Numbered from the whole stretch's first letter, positions 48,596 through 59,173 are shown. The stretch is DNA of 63,739 nt, filler included, from Klebsormidium nitens (GCA_000708835.1; 5 parts of 5 records of this genome joined end to end with filler, not necessarily neighbours in it); one strand, 5' to 3'. Made by a program: numbers and translations. The notes: a model not told the origin generated them from the sequence alone.

Positions 48596-49802
48596 TGTGA
48601 TCACGACTGCATGTCCGAGAATGGTATGAGCGTCAGGAAGAGCCAACAACCATTACCGCCCAAGAGCATACCGCCAGAGTGCACAGAAGAATGCCTTGCG
48701 CTAAGCTCTCAAGAAGGGAGATGCCGGATCCACTCACCTAAAAGGGAAGCAGCTGGTCCACCCTGGAAACCCGGTTATAGGCCATCATGCCCGACATATA
48801 AGCAGACATAAAAGTCGAGCAATCCAATTTTTGAACGTGCTTTCAAGGTTCAACGTGCAACTCTCGTGCTGGCACACAGTAAATTACCAAACTCTTCTCT
48901 GAAAACCCGAATACAGAATTACATCTTTTCAGGTANNNNNNNNNNNNNNNNNNNNNNNNNNNNNNNNNNNNNNNNNNNNNNNNNNNNNNNNNNNNNNNNN
49001 NNNNNNNNNNNNNNNNNNNNNNNNNNNNNNNNNNNNNNNNNNNNNNNNNNNNNNNNNNNNNNNNNNNNNNNNNNNNNNNNNNNNNNNNNNNNNNNNNNNN
49101 NNNNNNNNNNNNNNNNNNNNNNNNNNNNNNNNNNNNNNNNNNNNNNNNNNNNNNNNNNNNNNNNNNNNNNNNNNNNNNNNNNNNNNNNNNNNNNNNNNNN
49201 NNNNNNNNNNNNNNNNNNNNNNNNNNNNNNNNNNNNNNNNNNNNNNNNNNNNNNNNNNNNNNNNNNNNNNNNNNNNNNNNNNNNNNNNNNNNNNNNNNNN
49301 NNNNNNNNNNNNNNNNNNNNNNNNNNNNNNNNNNNNNNNNNNNNNNNNNNNNNNNNNNNNNNNNNNNNNNNNNNNNNNNNNNNNNNNNNNNAATAATCTG
49401 TTATAATTCCTTCCCTGGAGAAGAAAGAAAATATAACAGATTGTAGTATAAGAGTCTTGGACTTTCCCAAGAGTTGCCGATATGTATGTATGTAAGGTTT
49501 CTTCTGTAAAAGACAACGAAAGCAGAGCGGGATGGTGGCTCACCTTTTTCACCGGAGCTTGCTTGTGAAGGAATCGGCGGCTTCCTGCTGCTGCTCTTGG
49601 TCTGAATTGCTGGATTGTGTTTTATGATTTGTGAGCATCTTTCGACCCTTTTATAGTCAGCATGCCTGCCACCGGTTGCCAGCTGGATCGCCACCAGCCG
49701 CCATTCACGCCACCAGCTGCCGGTTGCCAAAAATACCTTCAGGTAGGTCCACCAAACTTTATCATTTTTCTATAACCCTTGACAAAGACCACCATATCCA
49801 CC

Positions 49803-50755
49803 ATGATGGAGGACGGCCCATACCTGAACTGGCTTCACCGCATCAGGCAGCTCTGCATGGGGCCGGGGGCCAGCAAGTTTGAAATCCCGGTTGAGCTGGA
49901 GGCTTCTGCCAGCGAGAAGCTGTTGACGTGCTGCTGCGAGCGCTGGGCGCAGCTGTCTCGTAGTGGGACAACCCCAGAGTCCAGCATGTCAATCTTTGAA
50001 GGCAAACGCCCTGCCACTGTTTCAGTTCAAAAGTACGGAAAGCACTTAAGCCGCTATCTCGACCTCTGTCCAGTGGCAGTGATAGGGGCATGTGTGTACA
50101 TTCTCAGATTTCTCAACAGGAAGGAGCGGGTGCACCTTTCGGCCTTCAACATCCACCGCCTGCTCCTCACCGCCCTGCTGCTGAGCTGCAAATTTTTCGA
50201 CGATCAGTGAGTCTCTTGAAACCCTAAAAGGGTGCCGCTTCTTCCTTGTTGGCATCCGGTGTCCCGGAATCGCTAACCTTCTTCGCATTCGGGCAAATCG
50301 ACGGCTATCAAGGAAACTCATTACATACGGAGTTTTGTGGTTAGCCGTCGATCTTCAGGCAGCGCCGTTCGGGGTACAGTCAGGGCCGCTCAGCGCGCAC
50401 TTGTCTCTACTCGCCCGGGCCTGGCAAGGAGACGTGCACCTCTTGACTTTACTCCACCAACTGCAGGTGCTATGGAAACGCCTACTTTGCTGAGGTGGGA
50501 GGGGTCTCTGTGCTTGAGCTCAACCTCCTGGAAGTGGAGTTCCTTTTCCACATCGACTTCAAGTTGAATGTCACTGAGGCCGAGATCGAGGAAGCACTAC
50601 AGGAGATTGTCAGGGTGCGGTGTGAGGGACGGACGTCCCAGAAGCGCAAGGCAGAACCTACGGAGCCCGTGCCTTATAGCTTTCGATGCAGGGTGAAGTT
50701 GGCAAGGCTGCTGGAAGTGGGTACGTATCACTGGAAAAAGGAACTGGCCCTCTGA
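49803..50755 (+). CDS. CYCU: P/U-type (PHO80-like) cyclin; exons 49803-50206 and 50467-50755
   Basis: [31 protein letters not shown]|[27 protein letters not shown]; phase-2 GT-AG intron. Confidence 0.88.
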
Positions 50756-50762
50756 GTAGGGT

Positions 50763-52091
50763 ATGGAAGCAACAACTAGCCTTGGAACTTTCATTCAGTT
50801 GCTGGCCAAGGGTGCCCAGGATGTACATACAACTGTAGAGCCAACTCATTCATGTTTTTCAACTGGACAACGCACCTGGAGGACTTACGATGCCTTTGCC
50901 AAAGACCCTGTGGTGAATGATTTCAGTGAGCCTCAACCAGTGTTCAGCAACGATGATGTGCAGCCTATCTTCAGATGCCCACTGCAACGCTCTGGTGATC
51001 TCATCGTAGGCATGATGCTTGTGATAGAATTGCCAGAGCTAAATAGTGAGTATTCGTACGTGAGCGACCTGGGGTACAAGTTGATTGATCTTATTTCCAT
51101 CTCAGTGGCGGGTATTGAACTCGACCAGATGACCGGCCTACACATGCTCGTCAAAGCTGTCATGTCAAATGCACACAACGAGTATTCAAAGTTTGGCGAG
51201 ATGCCGAATGGTGTGTCAGTTCCCGGTATGCTGGACAGTGAGGCAGAGATCCAGGATGGTGAGGCCACAACACACAAAGTGCTGCATGTTCCCATCCCAT
51301 TCTGGTTTGCAAGGGCTCAGGTCAGCAACGGATTCCCGCTAGCAAGCCTCATTACTGCTGAAGCAATTATAAGGCTAAAGCTGAGCAAGCTCAGCTCAAT
51401 AGTCCAACCTGCCCCTGCTGATGATGTCAGGCTGCAGCCCCGCATCTCGGTGCTGACTGACAATGTTTGGCTCGATCCAAAGGTTGCTTTTGCACTGATC
51501 CGTTCGGGCCCTTCAAAGTCTCTCTATCAGCAGAATCTTCACCAGGACCATGCTGTTGATGCGAACTCGCCCGTCCAGCGGATTGAGCTCACATGCAACA
51601 AGCCTGTGAGGCGGCTTCTGTGGCTTGTCACTGCTTCTGATGACCCTAATGAAGTCATCCCTAACAGCGTGCTCTCTTCGCGGCTCATCCTGGAGGGCTA
51701 CGACCTCATGTCTCGAGCCCCCTCCAACCCAGACACTGGGGAGAGAGTGGATAGCACGTACAGCAACCTAGTTAACCCATATCTGTACGGGTCAGCCAGC
51801 ATGCCCGGTGTGTATTCACACTCCTTTGCTCTGCGACCGGCTGATGTTCCTTACAGCCGATCCACCAAAGGGATGCAGCTATACCCCTGGGGTCCTGCGG
51901 AGTCGTCCTATGAGAGCCCGTTCGTTGATCAGCCCACAGGTGCGTTTGACTTCTCATTGACTCGGAACTTCTTGGAGCTTAATCTGACTTCTGAGATTGA
52001 CGTGGAGGGCTGTACAGTACACATCTATTTTGAATGCTACAACATCTTGGAGCAGTCTTTGAATGAAATCAGGCCTCTCTTTACAACCTAA
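50763..52091 (+). CDS. MCP: NCLDV major capsid protein family (double jelly-roll), divergent
   Basis: GTFIQLLAKGAQDV, LQRSGDLI, LGYKLID..ISVAGIELD, VPIPFWF..GFPLA, NKPVRRLLW, GVYSHSFALRP..QPTGAFDFS. Confidence 0.9.
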   Translation: MEATTSLGTFIQLLAKGAQDVHTTVEPTHSCFSTGQRTWRTYDAFAKDPVVNDFSEPQPVFSNDDVQPIFRCPLQRSGDLIVGMMLVIELPELNSEYSYVSDLGYKLIDLISISVAGIELDQMTGLHMLVKAVMSNAHNEYSKFGEMPNGVSVPGMLDSEAEIQDGEATTHKVLHVPIPFWFARAQVSNGFPLASLITAEAIIRLKLSKLSSIVQPAPADDVRLQPRISVLTDNVWLDPKVAFALIRSGPSKSLYQQNLHQDHAVDANSPVQRIELTCNKPVRRLLWLVTASDDPNEVIPNSVLSSRLILEGYDLMSRAPSNPDTGERVDSTYSNLVNPYLYGSASMPGVYSHSFALRPADVPYSRSTKGMQLYPWGPAESSYESPFVDQPTGAFDFSLTRNFLELNLTSEIDVEGCTVHIYFECYNILEQSLNEIRPLFTT

Positions 52092-52498
52092 TCGTCATCC
52101 GAGTCAAACGTGGAGTGCTTTGGCCTGACCCAGCGCTTTGCACTGTCACCTTCGAGTGTGATGTTGTGGATGCTGGCATATTCTCGTAGCTTGTCAGGAT
52201 GGTTGACAAGGGCTGCAGCCCACTCGAATAGCTTTTGGATCTCGTCTGATGGTGGGGTATTGATGAAGAGCTCTTTCGATGTGAAGGACTCAAATCGAAA
52301 AGGCCTGAGCCTAAAATGACAAAGGCGTTCCGCATTAGGTGCATCTGAGACGGCAATCAGGTTCTCCAACTCTACTAGACCTGCGTACCGCCTTCGAATA
52401 TAAGAGTCTGGATTCCGGTGAGTAGTCATGCCGACCTTCACAACAGGTGAGCCAATTGATCTTGCTGCATACACGAATCCTTCACGAACTACGTCCAT
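52088..52498 (-). CDS. T5orf172/MUG113-like (GIY-YIG-related) protein
   Basis: GFVYAARS....VKVGMT..AERLCHFRL..KELF. Confidence 0.75.
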   Translation of the reverse strand: MDVVREGFVYAARSIGSPVVKVGMTTHRNPDSYIRRRYAGLVELENLIAVSDAPNAERLCHFRLRPFRFESFTSKELFINTPPSDEIQKLFEWAAALVNHPDKLREYASIHNITLEGDSAKRWVRPKHSTFDSDDD

Positions 52499-52626
52499 TG
52501 CTGCGGCTCCTTTAGCGGCTTAGAAAAGCAGCTGGACTACGCACAGCATGGATCATTGTTCTATCAGAGTCCACCAATTGACTCCCTAAACCAAGAGTAG
52601 TCTTGCAGCAATATAAGGGGTACGTT

Positions 52627-53814
52627 CTAGGTACGCTTGCGCTTCCGTCCAGCTTTGCCGGACATGTCCTCTGCGTGGTAGTCGAAACCATCATAGAACA
52701 GGTGCTCAACGGTCACTTCCCAGTCAGGCACGTGCGTAAGGTGGTATGTCAGCCGCTCAAGGTACACTTTCATTCTGGCTTCCCATTTGGCCTGGTTCCT
52801 GATGACGGGCAGTCCTGTCTTGTTGTACTTGAAACAGCTGGGGTGCTTGACGCCGCTTGCGGATGTGAAGCTGTCAGGGTTGAATCGCAACTGCACTTGG
52901 GGCCTATTGCCAGCATCCTGAAAAAGCTCCATGAGCCTTTTGTTGTCGCAGGAGTAGCTGCCCACGGAGTGCTGGTTCTCGTCGCACTCCGAGTGCACGG
53001 TGTGGGTGTACACATCAACGAAGATGTCTGGCCTACGAGCCGAGCACCCACCCTGGAGCCTCTTGTCGAAGGTCACCTGGGGCGTGTCTGGGAGGATATC
53101 TGCTGCCTTTATGTAGTCGACAAAGTGCTTCTCTTTGATCTTGTAATTCCGAGAGACCTTCTCGTCGGGGAAGAGGAACACAAAGCACCGCACACAATAA
53201 CCCTTGTTGCGATTCTGTACGATTGTTCCACAACCATTAAGGCATTTTGCGTGCGTGACGTCCTCCATGGCCTCAGTTTTACACTGCGCACAATGGGTGG
53301 GTAAGCCGTCCTTGAGGCCAAAGCTTGGAACCCCCCTCTGGCAGAAGCACCTTCTGTTAACGACGTCGACCATGTCTGCTGTTCTGCATTTGGCACAATG
53401 GGTAGGTCGTCTCCACTTGAAACCGAAGCTAGGCACCCGTTTTCCACAAAAGCACTTCTTGTGAACGAGGTCGACCATTCCCTCGGCCTTGCAGCGTGCG
53501 CAGTGGGTGGGTTGGCCCTCTTCGAATCCGAAACTTGGTCGACTGTTTCCACAATTACACTTAGTATGCGTGAGATCAATCATCCCGTCCAGCTTGCAGT
53601 GAAAGCAACGGGTCGGCCTCTCGCCTTGAAGCCCAAAGTTTGGTCGCCCTCGTTTGCATGCACATCTCTTGTTCCTGACATCGATCATGCCCTCGACCTT
53701 ACAATTCAAACAACGGGAGGGCTTGTCTCCTTGAAATCCAAAGCAAGGCCGTGCTGTTTTGCAGAGGCAAAGGCGCCGTCTATGAGCAACTGTTGCAGGT
53801 GCGCTCTGATCCAT
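52627..53814 (-). CDS. EsV-1-7 cysteine-rich repeats plus C-terminal restriction-like endonuclease (NCLDV-type)
   Basis: Five repeats of C.C.K..P.FG....PT.C..CK..GM.D; C-terminus RRPDIF..SECDENQH..QLRFNPD. Confidence 0.85.
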   Translation of the reverse strand: MDQSAPATVAHRRRLCLCKTARPCFGFQGDKPSRCLNCKVEGMIDVRNKRCACKRGRPNFGLQGERPTRCFHCKLDGMIDLTHTKCNCGNSRPSFGFEEGQPTHCARCKAEGMVDLVHKKCFCGKRVPSFGFKWRRPTHCAKCRTADMVDVVNRRCFCQRGVPSFGLKDGLPTHCAQCKTEAMEDVTHAKCLNGCGTIVQNRNKGYCVRCFVFLFPDEKVSRNYKIKEKHFVDYIKAADILPDTPQVTFDKRLQGGCSARRPDIFVDVYTHTVHSECDENQHSVGSYSCDNKRLMELFQDAGNRPQVQLRFNPDSFTSASGVKHPSCFKYNKTGLPVIRNQAKWEARMKVYLERLTYHLTHVPDWEVTVEHLFYDGFDYHAEDMSGKAGRKRKRT

Positions 53815-54041
53815 ATCCTCCCACTTGCAGTTGCTGTGAAATGAAGGGAATCCTCCCCCCTGAGTGCCTTTTAAGTGCCAGATTGTGGCGGCAGTTGGTG
53901 GCGTATTGCTGGCGAGCCCCGGCGTCAAGTCGTAATTCTTGGCCCGTCCAAGCCACTTCATGCCACGACCTGCCACCTCTTTTGAGCCCTTAAACATCCA
54001 GGATTCTCACTGCAAATCTCATTTCAACCTTTTCAAGCAGA

Positions 54042-55858
54042 ATGGATACTCTCCCCCAAGAATTGCTTCTCGAGATCATCATGCGACTGAGCAAANNNNN
54101 NNNNNNNNNNNNNNNNNNNNNNNNNNNNNNNNNNNNNNNNNNNNNNNNNNNNNNNNNNNNNNNNNNNNNNNNNNNNNNNNNNNNNNNNNNNNNNNNNNNN
54201 NNNNNNNNNNNNNNNNNNNNNNNNNNNNNNNNNNNNNNNNNNNNNNNNNNNNNNNNNNNNNNNNNNNNNNNNNNNNNNNNNNNNNNNNNNNNNNNNNNNN
54301 NNNNNNNNNNNNNNNNNNNNNNNNNNNNNNNNNNNNNNNNNNNNNNNNNNNNNNNNNNNNNNNNNNNNNNNNNNNNNNNNNNNNNNNNNNNNNNNNNNNN
54401 NNNNNNNNNNNNNNNNNNNNNNNNNNNNNNNNNNNNNNNNNNNNNNNNNNNNNNNNNNNNNNNNNNNNNNNNNNNNNNNNNNNNNNNNNNNNNNNNNNNN
54501 NNNNNNNNNNNNNNNNNNNNNNNNNNNNNNNNNNNNNNNNNNNNNNNNNNNNNNNNNNNNNNNNNNNNNNNNNNNNNNNNNNNNNNNNNNNNNNNNNNNN
54601 NNNNNNNNNNNNNNNNNNNNNNNNNNNNNNNNNNNNNNNNNNNNNNNNNNNNNNNNNNNNNNNNNNNNNNNNNNNNNNNNNNNNNNNNNNNNNNNNNNNN
54701 NNNNNNNNNNNNNNNNNNNNNNNNNNNNNNNNNNNNNNNNNNNNNNNTGCACTGCTTGCTGGGTGGTTACTTACTGTTCATTGTACTGTGCAAGGAAGGA
54801 CCGCAATAGGCATCGCCCAGGACAGTGTGAGGAGACGTTCAGATATCAGGTTCGTGCAACATAGAGCTGTTAGACCACCCATTTTTGCGCGTTTGATGTA
54901 AGACATGCCGGTTTACGAAGCGAATCTCGGGACCGTCCGAGCAAACACCGGAGTGTTTAACAACCTGCATAGTGGCCGGGATGCGTCCGGTAGCAACGTG
55001 GATCTCACCGTAAATACGGACAACAGCATTGTCTTGAATGCCGGCAGGGATGTTCGTGTTAGCTCAGACCTCATCATAAGTGGGGTTACTGCTTTGGCCC
55101 ACGATCCCAGCAATGCTTTCCTTGGAACGCGTCTTATTGAGAGCCAAGCGGGCCAGGATTTGATTCTCAGGCCTGGTGCCTTGGCGAGAGTGTGCATTGA
55201 TGGCGATCTCATGCTCTCTGGAGACCTATATGGTATCGACGTAGGAAGCAACAGCATGGCAAACACGATGCTTTTAGATTCCAATGCAGTCGTTCTGGGC
55301 ACAGAAATTCGACCCGATTACNNNNNNNNNNNNNNNNNNNNACCGCAAACAGCCCAAAGGACCTGTGCGGTGCTGCCTGTGTGTCCAAGAGCTTTCACTC
55401 TGCTTCGTATGAAAAAGAGGTTCTCAAAAGTGCGGGCCCCGGCCTCATGCTTGTGCGCAACGTGCTCACTCAGCCTGGGGCGCTCAACTTCCTGAGCAAG
55501 ATAAGGAATGCTGGGTCTCTCGATGCCCTGTACGTCAGCGGGATGCTCCGCTTCTACTCAACGGAGGAGTACGGCATCGGGGCTGACATGCTCGTCGCGG
55601 CTGCGGAAGCAGGTCACGGTCCTGCGCTCTATGAGTGTGGACTGATACTGTCCCATGGGAGCGGAGGCGACAAGCTCGATGTTTGTCTCAGTTCGGCCAA
55701 TGAGCTCCTGTACAGGGCCGCGGTGCAGGGGTACGACCAAGCTGCAATCGAGCTGGCCATGCGCATCCGGAACGGCTGGGGGTTCCAGAAGGACCGGCAG
55801 CTCGGCTCCAAGGTCCGGAGGCTGGCAGAGGCCGGAAGGTTTGGCGAGATTGGCCCCC
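54042..55858 (+). CDS. F-box protein with SEL1-like repeats (At1g67340/At5g50450-like); split between 54095 and 55342 by two gaps and an unrelated contig
   Basis: MDTLPQELLLEIIMRLSK joins in frame to TANSPKDLCGAACVSK; LYECGLILSHGSGGDK..RAAVQGYDQAAIELAMRIRNGWG. Confidence 0.75.
54905..55321 (+). CDS. Beta-strand-rich protein, possible virion fibre or minor structural protein; 3' end in gap
   Basis: Repeating small-residue motifs (IVLNAGRDVRVSSDLIISG, LILRPGALARVCIDGDLMLSGDL); intronless. Confidence 0.45.
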
Positions 55859-55958
55859 NNNNNNNNNNNNNNNNNNNNNNNNNNNNNNNNNNNNNNNNNN
55901 NNTTAATTAATTAANNNNNNNNNNNNNNNNNNNNNNNNNNNNNNNNNNNNNNNNNNNN

Positions 55959-56514
55959 GTCCCTGTTCCTCCTCAGGGAACACCAATGGCGGCAACTGTC
56001 TCTCCAGCGGTACAGGCGTCTGCTCCTCCTGCCCCTGCCCTGCCTCAGGGATCATCGACCTTGACACAAGCTTCTCCTGCCCCTGCCCCGCCTCAGGGAG
56101 CATCGACCTGGGTGCCAGCTTCTCTTCAGGGAACACCGATGGCGGCGCCCCCAGCGGTTCAAGCGCTTGCCCCTCCTTATTCTCCCCAAAAAGCAACGCC
56201 TGCCTTTCCTTCAACCCAGAAAAGTCTTCCTTGTTCATTTCAGCAATCCTTCTTTCTAGTTCATCTATGTGCCGCTCCTGTGAATGCATGGCGTCAAAAA
56301 GAACTTGCACCAACCCTTGATTCAAAATAGGCATATATCTTGTGTGAATCTGTCGAGACCGTTGTGGCATGGTTTTGGGAAGAAACTCCAATACCTTTTG
56401 AGATAGTTTTCCATAATCTTCCCAGATATCACCTTCAACCTGTCTCCTGCTACAGAAACGTTGCAGACTCTTTATTTCTGCAAGATGCTGTATGTTGTGA
56501 ACTTCATCTTTCAA
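55959..56514 (-). CDS. Hypothetical protein with short coiled coil and PEAGQGQE repeats; 3' end in gap
   Basis: Open frame; duplicated RSM(L/I)PEAGQGQE and PP(S/L)VFPEE. Confidence 0.45.
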
Positions 56515-57196
56515 ACCTGCAAAACAACATCACAAACATTATCATAACAAGGATGACATTGTTCTAGCAAGTGCTGCATGCTTTGAACTTCATCCTTCAA
56601 ACCTGAGACACAATATCACTGGCCACTGGCAAGGGTTCAATCTTAACGCTTAATATTTCAAGACCCAACAACAAGTATAGACATAAAAACCATGATCGGG
56701 GTTGCAGAAAATACCAAATAAGAAACTTACCTTCAATGGCTGCTTTTACTCTAGTAGCAAAACCATCGCTTTTGGGTTTCTTGACTGCAGAAATGCCCGC
56801 CATCATAAAACCTGAGCAAGGTGTAGACTATTGACAGTGAGCTAAACACTACATAGATTGCAGTATGTGCTTGTATACGTGCAGATCTCCATGGGAATAT
56901 ATTTTGAGCGGGAGATACATATCAGAGAGTCATCCAGAACTGGTTGCAGAAGAAGTGCTCAAAATTTGTGGGGAATGGCTGGCCATAAAAGATGAAGCAT
57001 AGGTTGAAAGCTCTTGTGCTACAGTATCCATTGCTTCCGGTAAAATGCATGTCACCTGAGCGGGTATCCCCTGGCAAAATAGAGCAAATCAAGAGCTGCA
57101 GGTGAGAAGCACCAATCTGAAAACCAACCAAGTGGCGTGAATGTTACTTCAGTCCCTACGTTTGGCGATTCTTCAAACGTTGTGTTCTTGCGCTCA

Positions 57197-57722
57197 GGCT
57201 CTAGTTTCACTAGCGGCGGACGGCACAAGCTTTTCTTTTTTAAATTCGCTGATTGGCTCCGGCTACATCGGAACATCTCTACCGCGCTTCCACTAGCGGT
57301 TGTGCCGGCGGAACTCGAATAAAATTTGATGACGTAAGCGGCACAACAACTAATTAAGTTCGACCCTAGTGCCACCTTGGGTCGAACTAAATTGTTTTTG
57401 TGCCGGCCTCCCATGTGGTCCGATGGACCACTCACATAGCGCCAGGTCCTCAAGTTGGCGGGCACATTTCGCGCCAGCTACGGTGCACTCCGCAGAGTCT
57501 GCACTGGCAGCACAACTGCTCTTGACACATCTGTGGTTTAGGGGTTTGCCTGCCACCGTGGCACGTTTGAGACTCTTGTGCCGGCGGTTGTGCCGCGACG
57601 CAGTTTCACTGGCGGCCGGCAGAACTGCAATTTTTTCGCATTTTTTGGACTTCCGCGCAAGTTCCAGGCACCAAATAATTAAATTTAATGTTGTGCCGTC
57701 CGCCGCTAGTGAAACTAGAGCC
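57197..57722. mobile_element. 526-bp MITE, PIF/Harbinger-like
   Basis: Perfect 32-bp TIRs GGCTCTAGTTTCACTAGCGGCGGACGGCACAA (57197-57228 and 57691-57722); TCA target duplication at 57194-96 and 57723-25; internal TTGTGCCG motifs. Confidence 0.9.
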
Positions 57723-57949
57723 TCAGTGTTCCAGTGCTCCGCAGTCTGATGCAATTTTGCACCGAACAACGAACGATTAGGGTTAAGATCTCAAACGGTT
57801 GAGATTTGCTCGAGTTTTGACCAATCAAGATGCGCCACTGGACATATCTAGACAATTATGAACCGTCGATTTATACGGGTGCAACATGTTTACGTCACAT
57901 GACATCAACTAAAATACGACTGGTCCTACGTGCCCTGAGGGTGTGCAGC

Positions 57950-58655
57950 ACAGTAAGCATCATATTTGCAACTCTTCATCGTAGACTACCTCTACTTAAG
58001 GCCGTATTCGTTTGGCAAGCAGCTCATTCCCAAAGTACGGAGTCTCAGCCGCCCCTTCCCTTTCAGCATACCCTTTCACCTCGGATATTCTACCAACCCG
58101 GACCACAGAATCCCTCCGGATTCCAAGCTCTAAGCCACAGGTGGCTACCCCCGGACAGAGTGCTCCTTTACAAGACAAAGCGCCTCAATGGCAAACTACA
58201 ATGTCTCGGAGGGCATGTTGCGAGGACTTCGGAAGGCGGTCCCCAAGCAAGGGCAAGTTACTCTTTGATATAGGTACGCTTCTGCACCTCTGTTTTTGTT
58301 ACAGTTTTCGTGGAAAGTGTCGCCTGAGATATGTAACGCTTGAAGATCTGAATGTGCGTTTAAAACCCCTTGAAAATACTCAGAATGTACTGTATGTTCT
58401 AATTATGAGCATCACTTGTTACCGACTGGAAGAGTGGCTAGTACTGTCCTAAGCTTGCCCCATCAACATACGGTATGAGACCTCCATCAAAAGGCCCAAC
58501 TTCGAGCTTCCCTGAAGCGCAATTGCACTTTGTGCAATGTACCAGCGTCGCTTGGATTTGGGCTGGAGGTCTATGGCATGGCATAGGAGCATCGGTATTT
58601 GTCCACAAAAAGGAACAGTATTCTTCAGTACCCAGTTCCTCTGGTTAGGTTCTGC
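57950..58655 (+). pseudogene. Possible highly decayed Fanzor-like relic
   Basis: Broken fragments in Fanzor order: LSPRIFYQ, LRGLRKAVP..VTL, EEWL..S*ACP, WHR. They sit directly upstream of an omegaRNA homologue. Confidence 0.35.
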
Positions 58656-58785
58656 CTACCAAGGACGCTGGGCGGCTGAGGGATAGCTAGTTAACTCTGG
58701 TATTATTGCTATTCATCGCCTTTTCTTGTGACCCCCATTTCACAACGGGGCGACAGTTTGGGCGAAAATGGTAATAAAGGTGCAA
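58655..58785 (+). ncRNA. Second Fanzor omegaRNA-like scaffold
   Basis: Shares GGATAGC, AACTCyGGTATTATT, GGGCGACA, TTGGGCGAAAAyGGTAATAAwGGT with 47915-48049; the differences preserve pairing. Confidence 0.75.
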
Positions 58786-59173
58786 TAGGGGCACAGCACT
58801 AATCAAATAGATGTGTTTATTGCTACGTCTTTTCAGCTTCCTCAGGTGCAATCGGTCTTCAAACTAGCGTTGTTTATGCTCTGCCTTTCAATCTTTCTGA
58901 TCTGGTTTGCAGAAAACAACAATTCAAAAGAAATCGAGTATACATGGTTGCAATGTCTTTGTGGTTGCTGAAGAGATTATACTTGGCAGAGTCGTCAGTA
59001 AGATCAAGCCCGTGCTGGAGGTGAAATATTGTGAGCGCTCAATTCATTGTATCAACTCTCCTGCAGATCCCCCNNNNNNNNNNNNNNNNNNNNNNNNNNN
59101 NNNNNNNNNNNNNNNNNTTAATTAATTAANNNNNNNNNNNNNNNNNNNNNNNNNNNNNNNNNNNNNNNNNNNN

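Larger units (their letters stand above)
36500..56514. mobile_element. Endogenous giant-virus (Nucleocytoviricota) segment; boundaries approximate
   Basis: A32 ATPase, double-jelly-roll capsid, viral-type kinase, RNase III and endonucleases. Genes are densely packed and nearly intronless, unlike the intron-rich flanks. Confidence 0.9.

Noticed and set aside
52603-53844. Plus-strand ORFs 52603-53304 and 53398-53844 (likewise 31406-31930, 38956-39516, 44886-45455)
   Set aside because: Antisense shadows of well-supported minus-strand genes.
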